The notes: generated from the sequence alone by a model not told the origin. Shown: positions 34,932-46,424, counted from the stretch's first letter. The stretch: DNA of 46,439 bases from Nemertoderma westbladi (GCA_032718475.1 JAUCBJ010007931.1:1-46439); one strand, 5' to 3'. Translations and numbers: made by a program.

Positions 34932-36135
34932 GTTCAACGTCCACCAATTTGTTTAAGTACCAGTATTAGTACTGCAGTACAAGTACCACACTGCACACTC
35001 CAGAGTCACAGTTGCCTTAGACAGCAGGGCAAACGAGGCTGCTTGGGATACCGGTACCAATTATTTTGCAGTTAGAAAAAACAGTCTAGGCCTATCGAGT
35101 TTTGAAGCCTACCATATTGTTGGTCACCCAGTTGCTGGTCCTGCCCCATCTGCAACACTTAGTCACTGCACACTGCCGCCGCTAATGGTAGGTTACTTTT
35201 TGTCATACCTGCAAGAAAAGGACTAGGCTCACCGGGTAGGCCACTGGTACGCTACATGTTCGTAAATAGTAATAGATGAGCCTTCTACAAATCTATGCCT
35301 ATGGGCTCAGGCAGACGAAATCGTAGATATTCAGAGATTGTCAGTTAGGGACAACAGCCATATATGGACATAACAATGTAGCCAAAAATTACAATAATTT
35401 ATAGTTGATGCAGCCAAATAATATAAGTGATTCATATATTTGCAGCCAATTTTGGCTAGATTTACAGAAGAGTTCCAGCCAAATCACTACAGCAAAATTA
35501 TTTTAATTATAGATGTGTAGTTAGTGATATGTATGGGGCGCCATTGACAATTGATGCCAATACAGCAATGCAATACCCCTATCTAGTAGGGGAGAGGTGT
35601 GTAATTTTGTCATTGTCAGTAGTACGGTACTCCTGTACTCAGTCAGTCAATAGCAGCAATCTAGATAAGAAATGTCAGTTGTATAGTTTTGGCATGTTTG
35701 GGAAGACAATTTCCATCTAAATTTATTGGAATCAACGGCAACTGTGCATTTCAGCTTTCAGGCAGTTTATTTGTCAGACAAGCCCTGTCAGCCTGTATTC
35801 TGAACACTTCCGCCCACCTCTACGCCGTAAAGGTGGGCATAAGTGTTTTCTGTTCCACTTAAGAGTTGCAGCGCCCACCTAACACCCTAACGTTTTGATG
35901 GGGGTATTGGTATCAACGGCGCCCAATGCAGCCACAGATATACACCAACCAATTCCCCCCGCCCCCCACACCCCCAATGCCCAAGGTACAGTACATATGT
36001 TTTAAGTCTGTAAGTCAAGTATGAACTGTAGAATTGTAGAAAGTGGTCTACTTAACCTACACTATATAACTACTGTATAGCAGTATACTTATTGTACTGT
36101 ATATCTGTATAAGAAGTATATTTTGGGCATTAGAG

Positions 36136-39100
36136 ATGGCTTCTAAATTCAGCCGCAATTGTCGCTGCCTTCTTCATGAACACCTTGATGAACCAGATGG
36201 TGTCGCCTTCAGTTTAGTTAGTCTAAAAAAGAAGAGCAAAAAAGTCCCTAAAAGAGTGCATGATGGCTTAATCGCAAAAGGGTGGCTGACTCCAACTCAA
36301 AATTTTATATGCACGTACTGTCTCTATCATTTCAAAATAATTACTGGGCATGTTGCTGAGAGAGAAGCAACTGTGGAAGTGGAAGAATGTATTGTGGATG
36401 TAGGTGACGGTGACGATGATCTGCTAGAAAAGGTTAAAAAAAGAATGGAGGATGATGAAGTATTTCGTGGTAAAATCATAGATCATGTTGGAAGTTGTTT
36501 GGCCAAATCATTAGAAATTGAAATGATTGAAGATACCCGGGAAATAGATCAAAGTATGGTTGAATTTTCAGTGAAAGATGTGCTTCAAAAAACAAATAAA
36601 GATGTAGTCACGTTTTTCAATGCTATAAGTACAAGACAGGCTCCAACAAGCAATGAAAAGAAAGTAAATTATATTACAGTTAAAGCAATTGAATTTTTAA
36701 AGTTTTTGAGAAACACACATTATACTTTCTTGGTGAGGGAAAGCAGTACTTTCTTGGTGAGGGAAAGCCAAAAGCAGTACTTTCTTGGTGAGGGAAAGCA
36801 GTACTTTCTTGGTGAGGAAAAGCCAAAAGCAGTACTTTCTTGGTGATGGAAAGCCAAAAGCAGTACTTTCTTGGTGAGGGAAAGCCAAAAGCAGTACTTT
36901 CTTGGTGAGGGAAAGCAGTACTTTCTTGGTGAGGGAAAGCAATACTTTCTTGGTGAGGGAAAGCAATACTTTCTTGGTGAGGGAAAGCAGTACTTTCTTG
37001 GTGAAGGAAAGCAGCACTTTCTTGGTGAGGGAAAGCCAAAGGCAGTACTTTCTTGGTGAGGGAAAGCAGTACTTTCTTGGTGAGGGAATGCAGTACATTC
37101 TTGGTGAGGGAAATCAGTTCTTTCTCGGTGAGGGAAAGCAGTTCTTTCTTGGGGAAGAAAACAGTACTTTCTTGGTGAGGGAAAGCAATACTTTCTTGGT
37201 GAGGGAAACCAATACTTTCTTGGTGAGGGAAAGCAGTACTTTCTTGGTGAAGGAAAGCAGTACTTTCTTGGTGAGGGAATGCAGTACATTCTTGGTGAGG
37301 GAAATCAGTTCTTTCTCGGTGAGGGAAAGCAGTTCTTTCTTGGGGAAGAAAACAGTACTTTCTTGGTGAGGGAAAGCAATACTTTCTTGGTGAGGGAAAG
37401 CAATACTTTCTTGGTGAGGGAAAGCAGTACTTTCTTGGTGAAGGAAAGCAGTACTTTCTTGGTGAGGGAAAGCAGCACTTTCTTGGTGAGGGAAAGCCAA
37501 AGGCAGTACTTTCTTGGTGAGGGAAAGCAGTACTTTCTTGGTGAGGGAATGCAGTACATTCTTGGTGAGGGAAATCAGTTCTTTCTCGGTGAGGGAAAGC
37601 AGTTCTTTCTTGGGGAAGAAAACAGTACTTTCTTGGTGAGGGAAAGCAATACTTTCTTGGTGAGGGAAACCAATACTTTCTTGGTGAGGGAAAGCAGTAC
37701 TTTCTTGGTGAAGGAAAGCAGTACTTTCTTGGTGAGGGAATGCAGTACATTCTTGGTGAGGGAAATCAGTTCTTTCTCGGTGAGGGAAAGCAGTTCTTTC
37801 TTGGGGAAGAAAACAGTACTTTCTTGGTGAGGGAAAGCAATACTTTCTTGGTGAGGGAAAGCAATACTTTCTTGGTGAGGGAAAGCAGTACTTTCTTGGT
37901 GAAGGAAAGCAGTACTTTCTTGGTGAGGGAAAGCAGCACTTTCTTGGTGAGGGAAAGCCAAAGGCAGTACTTTCTTGGTGAGGGAAAGTATTGTCCCTTT
38001 CCATTTCCCAAGAACTTGGAATTCAAAGCCAGCAACTCACATGGGTTGATCTGAATGCTAATAGTCTAGAAACATATTTTAATAGATGTGATGAGATCTT
38101 CGAATCCATCAAGTATTCTTTTATAGAGTCTGAGATTGCCGTTTTGAAGGCTGAGTTGACTGGGCAACCAACAGATGATTCTTCGTTCATGGATAAGACA
38201 TACACCAAGCTACTGGGAGAATCGCAGAATTATGTTACCAAGGCAAACATATATTTACATAATCCCTTGGAAAATGATCCAGCCTCCTTTGAAACTGTCA
38301 AGTCAGCCGTTAATAGCGTAATGGAGTGTGTTGATGTGAAACCTGGAGTAGAAGGATCAAGGCAAAATCTTACAATGGTAATGGATGGTCGCCCATTTGT
38401 CCTACTCTTAAATTTGCTTGAGACTGATCAGAATCTGAGAAAAAGTCTATTGTTAAAGCCTGGGTGGGGCCACTATGAACATGAAATGCTGCGTGTTTTA
38501 ACAAAAACAGCTTGGCCTATCTTCTACCAAAGGTTTAGCGATGTTACTGGATTCCAATCAGAAAAGGCCCAGCTGTATTTTAAAAAAGTAAGTGACCACC
38601 ACAAGGGCTATGAAGGTCTTGAGGTTCTACTCCATGGCAATGCCAGGGAGCTATTGCTTCCATATGTTGAATCACAGTTAGCTGATGGTAGTAACCCAAC
38701 TCCTGAGGGTTATGCAAACTGGCTTGGTACTGTAAATAACAGCAGCTACATGTGCTTTGTGGATTTTACATTTACTGCTATGCTGGCAATCAAGTTATTT
38801 CGTCACTCAATCCGAAACAACTTCGAACCTGGTGCAAGTGTAGCTCGTGCTAAGTTTGCACCTCTGTTGTATACTGGGCGGTTTATACACTACCAACGAA
38901 TAGAAGCCTTCTATACAGCTCAACTGCTTCGCTTGCCCCCTTCCTTCCAGAAACACTTGAATGCAATTGAAGGATTGAGCCGAACAGATCGGAAGCTTGG
39001 ACAAGGGATTGATTATATCCTGGAAGAAATTCATAAAGTTATTAAATCATTACTTGACAAAGGCTGTCCTACATATGAAAGATGGTGTCACCTTTACCAA

Positions 39101-39772
39101 TTGGTTCCCATAATGAACAAGGTAGGTAATACTGTTAAGGAGTTGGAGTTATGGAGTACTGTTATCAGATAAACTAGTTTACAGTATATTGCGGAGACTG
39201 GGGGGGGGGGGGGGGGGGGGGGTGTGGAGGAACTGGATGCAAATTCCATCGAAACTCAATAGAACAGTTACAGTTTTATTTTTAAATATTTCTATAACCG
39301 TAAGCAAGGTAAAAAATGTAATTTATATTTTCAGCTGCGAGAGAATACATTTGCAGAGCTACCAATTACTGATCCGATTTTGGCCACACATGCAACAATG
39401 TCTGAAGAGGCACACAAAGAAGCAAACGAACTGCTGTTGAGATGGAGGAACGAGCTCAGAGAATGTGATATACTAAACACCAATGATGTTTTGGATAATC
39501 CAATTGGACTCTCCAGCACCCTTTCTCGTAATGTATCAAGTATTTTTTGTCTGGGACTGGAACGGTATAAGTCTGCTCTTCTTGCTGTTGGACAATCCTC
39601 GAACACCACTGTACCTTCAGTTGACCCACTTCCAATTACTGAAGTTGATGAACGTAATATGTTAGAAGCGCAGAGTTATACAGTACTGCAGCTAAAAAAT
39701 AAAATAACTGAATATATGGAGATTTCTAGTTCGGACCAGTTTATTAACCAACTGTTATTAACCAGTTATTAA
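36136..39772 (+). pseudogene. Academ/DUF6589-like transposase broken by a satellite array; intron 39122-39334
   Basis: N-terminal C..H...CxxC; MDGRPF, PGWGHYE, DHHK, SIRNN, HYQ, GIDYILEEIHK.IK; phase-0 GT-AG intron restores frame (PIMNK|LRENTF); superfamily call from motif resemblance. Confidence 0.65.
36722..37988. repeat. 24-bp minisatellite with 461-bp higher-order repeat
   Basis: Unit GCAGTACTTTCTTGGTGAGGGAAA; variant ATGCAGTACATT at 37088, 37279, 37549, 37740 (spacings 191/270/191). Confidence 0.96.
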
Positions 39773-39805
39773 CCAACTGCACCGACCCAACTAGGCATAC
39801 TCCAC

Positions 39806-40576
39806 TTAATTCTTCTTTTTACCAACCCTTTTATTCCTGGTACCAGTACCAGTCGATTTCGGCATGTGGGAACTGCAGTAAAAAGTTTCAGTCTCTGCAC
39901 TAGTTTCAGTCATTGAATAAAACCCAGTGCACTTCACATGCACCCAATAACGGCAACTGCGGTTCTCACAGCCAACCCATGGGCTGTCGAATTGGCGATC
40001 CTCTGGCGAGTTGTGTAGTCGTCCACACAATCTACAACGATTCTTTGTCAAAAGCCCTCGACTTACCATAGTTATAGATCGCTTTGATGGGGATGGAATT
40101 ATACCTGTAGGACGCTTTTGCGATGATGGTGGGGTTGGGGTAGGTGGAGTCTCGTTGGTCTCAAGGGACGCAAAGCCTCCTAATTTTAACTTCGAAAACA
40201 TATCCTCAAACCCTGAATCATTGCTAATGAAACCCTTTATATTTCCTCTGTTATTCGTCAGGAACAACGCCCCTTCTCCAGTGACACTTGCCCATTTCGA
40301 TACCAATTTTGAGATAGTACCCCCAGTCCTTGTCCGAAATTGAGATAGAGCTGGCCCCTCTCTCTTAGAAGTGGGCCGCTGTCCTCGGGTGTGGTGGGTG
40401 GTGTGACCGATGTTCCTTCTTTTCGAACCCACTACCCTCTCATCTGTAGTTGACATTATAAGTCTCCTCTTAATCTTTTTCTCTAAGTTCCTCTTCTTCT
40501 CCCCCTCAGCCGCTGCCATATCTCCTACCCCCCTCACTATCTCTCTTATAAAATATACTTTTTCAAAAGTATCCAT
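39806..40576 (-). CDS. PHD-finger protein, 256 aa, transposon accessory gene
   Basis: ATG-to-stop ORF; CRLC...PWVGC....CRYWVHVKC...FYCSSH; basic NLS-like patches. Confidence 0.82.
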   Translation of the reverse strand: MDTFEKVYFIREIVRGVGDMAAAEGEKKRNLEKKIKRRLIMSTTDERVVGSKRRNIGHTTHHTRGQRPTSKREGPALSQFRTRTGGTISKLVSKWASVTGEGALFLTNNRGNIKGFISNDSGFEDMFSKLKLGGFASLETNETPPTPTPPSSQKRPTGIIPSPSKRSITMVSRGLLTKNRCRLCGRLHNSPEDRQFDSPWVGCENRSCRYWVHVKCTGFYSMTETSAETETFYCSSHMPKSTGTGTRNKRVGKKKN

Positions 40577-41370
40577 TCTTTTACTACACTGCTACAGTAG
40601 GCCTAGTGCAGGACGCTACAACTACAGTAAAACAATAGGTAATACAGTAACAAGTTTTATATTATTATTATTATTAACGGTACCAGGAGTATGCTGGTAT
40701 GCAAAACCAAAACTATCCACTGTCTGACTGTTGCCAAATATGGCTTACTACAACAAATAATATGGCCAAAAAAACTTATTGAAATAGGAATTAAAAGAAC
40801 TGAAATTGCCATATATGGCTCTAAATTTAGGGAGAAACAATACATATTTGGCTGTATTGTAGTAGGCTGATGCCTAATTATGCAATGCTTTTTAACTGTA
40901 TCCATCTTATAAACATGAAGGTGAAATTTTTGCCTTGTAAGGCAAAAAGACTTAGAGTCATATAGGGGATGGATTCCATATTACTACAGTATGCGCTAAA
41001 GCTTTGTATAGTGCGCCCATTAAGAATTAAATTTACAGTAGTGGACAGCCAAATATGGCAATGTTTTATAGCCGTATTTGGCAATTTTTCAATCAATTAT
41101 AATGCAGTATATGGCTGTTGTCCCTAACTGATTGTAGACAGGTAGATGAGCCGGGTGCCGGTATTGGCCTTTTTTTCCACTTAACATGTCTAGACTTAGG
41201 CCTATGTCTGTATGTCTGAAGATTCCCCCTGCTTTTTGTTTACAGGTTTACCAGTTCGGATTTTCAGCTTTTTGCAGTCAATTTAAAAACTGTTCAGCTA
41301 GGCGTACTGGCAGACCGGTCCGGTATATCCCTACTACCAGTCTTCTGCACACTCACACTACCATCTGACC

Positions 41371-43172
41371 GTAGGCCTACCGTGTACCGACATATTATTC
41401 GGCCTTAAATACACTAAACATTTCATTTACAGATTGATATACTTTTTTTCTTATTTGGCTTAATATTCTTCTGTATTCTTCTGCTAATTTGTCATTATTA
41501 TTAGTATTACCGTACTTTTCAATTATTTGCATTACTGCGATTATAAGATTATGGTCAAGAAAATTCATTGCAGCCATTGTGGGGGGAAGGTTGGTCCACC
41601 CAACCATCGGAGGCCAACCTGTCCCCTCAGGAACATTCCAGAGGATGTTCCTCTACAGCCTCCTCCTGCTCCGCCAACCCCTACTGCTCCTCTACTAGTG
41701 CCAGTACCGGTGCGATCTCGGTCGTTTGCCGAGGTCGTGCGACTTCCGGTACTGGTACGACCAATCATTCTCCGTGCTGCTGCCCTTCTAATAACCACCC
41801 AACCTCTCGTAACCGACTGCTCTACTCTACCCACCGCTCCTCTGCAGCCCTCTTCTGCTGCTCTTCTAATCCCTCTAGGAATTTGACTCGTCTCTTCTCC
41901 GCCGATTTCCCAATCTGCCCTCCACCACCGTCTCATAGCCCTCCCGCCAACGCTTCACTCCTCCTACCTTTGGACCCCTCCGCAACATTGCTCCTCAACC
42001 AGTACGTCCACAGTTTGTTATCCCTATACCTGCCCCTCGTCGCCATTTTATATCCCCTCCCCAACTGGCTCCTCTTCAATGTTTTGTCTCCCCACCCCAA
42101 CCCGTCCCCCGTTTCATCTCCTCTCCCTAACCTGCCCCCCGTTTCATCCCATCTCCCCAACCTGCCCACCGTTTTATCTCCCATCCCCAACCTGCCCCCC
42201 CCCCCCCCCCCCCGTTTCATATCCTCTCCCCAACCTGCCCCCCTTTTAATCTCCCCGCAATCCTCCCCCACCCCTATGTCACCTGATTTTACCCCCCCCA
42301 GTTTCCCCGATGATGACCACCCCACCACCGTCACCATTCATTACTGTCTCTCGCCGACGTCCCCTTCCTCAACTTTCTCCCCCCGCTTCTCCTTTCTCCC
42401 CAACCGCAGTTAATGTTTCTCCCGGTTCCCGCTTCTCTCCAATTGCTCCTCATCCATCTACTTCTTCACCTACTTCTTCACCGCTCCCCAAAGACCCCCA
42501 CCACCACCACCACCCGCCCTAAGAAGACCCCTCGCCCTACTACACCAACTGCTACCACCACCACCCGCCCTAAGAATACCCCTCTCCCTACTACACCAAC
42601 CGCTACCACCGCCACCCGCCCTAAGAAGACCCCTCGCCCTACTATACCAACCGCTACCACCACCATCCACCCTAAGAAGACCCCTCGCCCTACTACACCA
42701 ACCGCTACCACCACCACCCGCCCTAGGAAGACTACTCGCCCTACTACACCCACCACTACCTCACCTACCATCTATGACTCTGCAACTCCTTCACCGACCT
42801 TCCAACTCTCTCAGCTATCATTCTCCTCCTCTCCTTCTACCTCGTGCTGCTCCGCCGGGGAGCCTCTCTATCTCCGTCGGCAGCGGCGCGCAAAGCGTCT
42901 TCATTCGGCCATGGGCGACGCCCATACAAGTAGTTAGTTTATTACTTTTATTTATAGTTTATCAATATTCTAGTAAATGAATTCTTAATTAGTAAATTAG
43001 TAAATTAGTAAATTCTTAATTATTTGTGGTAGGAGAATTATTGAGGTGTTTGTTATTTGATAAATACAATGTATTATTATTTTATTGAACGTCATGTTTT
43101 TATATATTTATTTTTGTATAATTAATAATTGTTCTATCATTATATCTGAAATATATTACATTAATATAATGT
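41371..43172 (+). other. Unclassified repeat unit, copy 1: CCHC knuckle + Pro/Thr-rich gene (frameshifted, ATG 41551, stop 42937) with divergent micro-ORF
   Basis: MVKKIHCSHCGGKVGPPNHRRPTCP; QPAPRFIS and TTTTRPKKTPRPTTPTA repeats; aligns with 44783-46424. Confidence 0.85.
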
Positions 43173-43174
43173 AT

Positions 43175-44706
43175 ATATAATTAATTGCTTTAATAATAAA
43201 AGATTCATTTTTAAACTCTACATCAACTAGAAAACTATCTGCAATTTTCTTCTTACCAATGCAGTCATGTATTTGTTGAAACAATGTTTTGAACTTAGTT
43301 TGAAACATTATGAGAGGATGCATGTTACAAAGAATGGTTTTCGGAATGTAAGAGACATTTAATTCTTCACTGACCTTTTCAATTACATCTAGATTATGTA
43401 TTGTGCTATCCGTCGTTACAAAGGAGATTCGCTTTAATATGCCCTGTTCAGAATATCTATGCCCTACTGCTGCTGAAAGTATCCTTAGTGTCATAATTTC
43501 TAATTCTTTTAAGCTATCCCTGGTTTCTGTCACAATACTACAAGTTGGCAAAGCCCTCTGTATTCCATTAAGTGTGAGGGGCTGCACAATATATTTGCCC
43601 ACACCACTCATTGCTGATCCATCATTTGAATATACAATAGTAGGAGCACTATCTGGCTGCATGATCTCCTCAACAATTGCGCATAGTGCCATGGCTTCCA
43701 CATAAGGTTCATTAACTCTGACAATTTTCGAGGAAGGCAAAGTATTGATATCATAGGAGGGTTCTGAGTTGCTAAACACTTTCAATGGCCCATACGTTTT
43801 TCTCCCAAAGAGTTTATTAGCTACTAGAAAAATGGATACTTCAAGTTGTGTTTGCGACATATGTAGCTCAGATTTGAGTCTATGCATAAGCATATAAATT
43901 TCTGGCTTAACTGCTCGCTCACTAATCCTTATATGTCTATAGATATGAGACAGTGGATCATCTTGATGTGAGATGGACTCCACAAAGTTGTATTGTAGCT
44001 TCTTGTCTGCTGGCTCTGTATAACAATAGTCTGGATCATGAAGCTCAATACCTGAAATTTCACCTGAGATCTCATCAATTCTTTCTAAAGATGCACTGTC
44101 ACCTTGGGACTTCATTAATGACTTAGCAAGACTCTCTTGATGTTTCAACTTCTGCTTATTTGATAGGCGATCTACATTGATTATCATAAAAATCTGGTCA
44201 TCTTTGGACCTTTTAACTGCCCATAATGCTTCTTGAGACTTCCTTCGAGAAAAATCACTGCAGTAAATATTAAAAAGTAAACATGTCTTATTCTTCATTA
44301 TTTCTTGTTTTTCCCAATATGTAGCTTCCCGTTTCTTCTTTGGGTACTGCCTCAAATATGTAAATTCGTTGAAAAGAGCAGTGACTTTTTCGGTAATTGC
44401 TAGTAGTGTTTCTGTATATACATTACAGAAAATCCAATGTAAAGATAGATCAACAGCACATTGATGATAGGGGGATCCACCCACTCCACTGGCGTCTGAT
44501 TTTAATTTCAATAGGTAAGACATAACTTCTTGGTTTGTTGGTAGACGACCATTTGGAAGACTTTCACTGTCGTGAAATATCCTACAGTTCTCACATTCAG
44601 TATTCTCAGGAGACCAGGCAATGTTAAACACATGTTCCTTACTTACACATTATGAAATTAGACATTCTCTTCTTTGGTGTCTTTCGACGATCTTCAAGAG
44701 CTTCAT
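43175..44706 (-). pseudogene. DDE transposase of the CxxH group (hATm-like N-terminus), 3'-truncated
   Basis: LPTNQEV...HW...VYT N-terminus; YSNDGS (D1), TTDSTIHN (D2), CNMH (CxxH); in-frame ATG at 44706 followed by one premature stop; ends at the junction with repeat copy 1. Confidence 0.65.
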
Positions 44707-44782
44707 TGCCGATAATTATTAAGTCCTGCTTCTGGAATACAGATGATCTTGTAATTAAAGTATTTATCTCCTGCTGTGGAAT

Positions 44783-46424
44783 GTAGGCTTATACCGCGTA
44801 CCGACATATTATTCGGCCTCAAATACAGTAAACATTTCATTTACAGATTGATACACTTGTTTTCTTATTTGGCTTAATATTCTTCTGTATTCTTCTGCTA
44901 TTTTGCCATTATTATTAGTATTACCATACTTTTCGATTATTTGCATTACTGCGATTATAAGATTATGGTCAAGCAAATTCGTTGCAGCCGTTGTGGGGGG
45001 AAGGTTGGTCCGCCCAACCATCGGAGGCCAACCTGTCCCCTCAGGAACATTCCAGAGGATGCTCCTCTACAGCCTCCTCCTGCTCCACCAACCCCTACTG
45101 CTCCTCTAGTAGTGCCGGTACTGGTGCAATCTCGGTCGTTTGCCGAGGTTGTGTGACTTCCGGTACCAGTACAACCAACCATTCTCTGTGCTGCTGCCCC
45201 TCTAATAACCACCCAACCTCTCATAACCAACTGCTCCACTCCACCCACCGCTCCTCTGCAGCCCTCTTCTGCTGCTCTTCTAATCCCTCTAGGAATTTGA
45301 CTCGTCTCTTCTCCGCCGATTTCCCAATCTGCCCTCCACCACCGTCTCATAGCCCCCGCCAACGCTTCACTCCTCCAACCGTTAGACCCCTCCGCAACAT
45401 TGCTCCTCAACCAGTACGTCCACAGTTTGTTATCCCTATACCTGCCCCTCATCGCCGTTTTATATCCCCTCCCCAACTGGCTCCTCGTCAACGTTTTGTC
45501 TCCCCTCCCCAACCTGCCCCCCGTTTCATCTCCTCACCCCAACCTGCCCCCCGTTTCATCCCATCTTCCCAACCTGCCCACCGTTTTATTTCTTATCCCC
45601 AACCTGCCCCCCGTTTCATATCCTCTCCCCAACCTGCCCCCCTTTTAATCTCCTCTCCCCAACCATCCCCACAATGTCGATTTATCTCCCCGCAATCCTC
45701 CCCCACCCCTATGTCATCTGATTGTACCCCCCCAGTTTCCCCGATGATGACCACCCCACTGCCATCACCATTCATTACTGTCTCTCGCCGACGTCCCCTT
45801 CCTCAACTTTCTCCCCCCGCTTCTCCTTTCTCCCCAACCGCAGTTAATGTTTCTCCTGGTTCCCGCTTCTCTCCAATTGCTCCTCGTCCATCTACTTCTC
45901 CACCTACTTCCCGCTCCCCAAAGACCCCCACCACCACCACCACCCGCCCTAAGAAGACCCCTCGCCCTACTACACCAACCGCTACCACCACCACCCGCCC
46001 TTAGAAGACCCCTTGCCCTACTACACCAACCGCTACCACCACCACCCGCCCTAGGAAGACCACTCGCCCTACTACGCCCACCGTTACCTCATCTACCATC
46101 TATGACTCTGCAACTCCTTCACCGACCTTCCAACTCTCTCAGCTATCGTTCTCCTCCTCTCCTTCTACCTCGCGCCGTCGTTCCGCCTGGGAGCCTCTCT
46201 ATCTCCGTCGGCAGCAGCGCGTGAAGCGTCTTCATTCGGCCATTGGCGACGCCCATACAAGTGGTTAGTTTATTACTTTTATTTCTTTTATTAATATTCT
46301 AGTATATGAAGTAGCTTAATTATTTGTGGTAGGAGAATTATTGAGGTGTTTGTTATTTGATAAATACAATGTATTATTATTTTATTGAACGTCATGTTTA
46401 TATATATTTATTTTTGTATAATTA
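44783..46424 (+). other. Unclassified repeat unit, copy 2
   Basis: MVKQIRCSRCGGKVGPPNHRRPTCP...EPLYLRRQQRVKRLHSAIGDAH; colinear with copy 1, with different stops and repeat counts. Confidence 0.85.

Larger units (their letters stand above)
35342..41130 (+). mobile_element. Academ-like DNA transposon with two convergent genes
   Basis: 23-bp perfect TIR CAGTTAGGGACAACAGCCATATA; direct repeat ATTGT at 35337-35341 and 41131-41135; GCCAAA/GCCATA subterminal motifs at both ends. Confidence 0.88.

Noticed and set aside
36680-38054. Many long ORFs on both strands, and a CRISPR-like look
   Set aside because: Products of a 24-bp tandem repeat; no unique spacers and no cas genes; eukaryotic context
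36136-40576. True RAG1L/RAG2L (ProtoRAG) or Transib
   Set aside because: Termini are CAG not CAC; no RAG1 core zinc motifs or kelch repeats; only TMVMDG loosely resembles Transib TMxDGK
42413-42937. Host mucin or extensin gene
   Set aside because: No signal peptide; N-terminal knuckle and basic motifs; dispersed disrupted copies
41371-46424. Direct repeats as retroviral LTRs
   Set aside because: No TG...CA ends, PBS, PPT or TSD; the repeats are coding and the interior is not gag-pol
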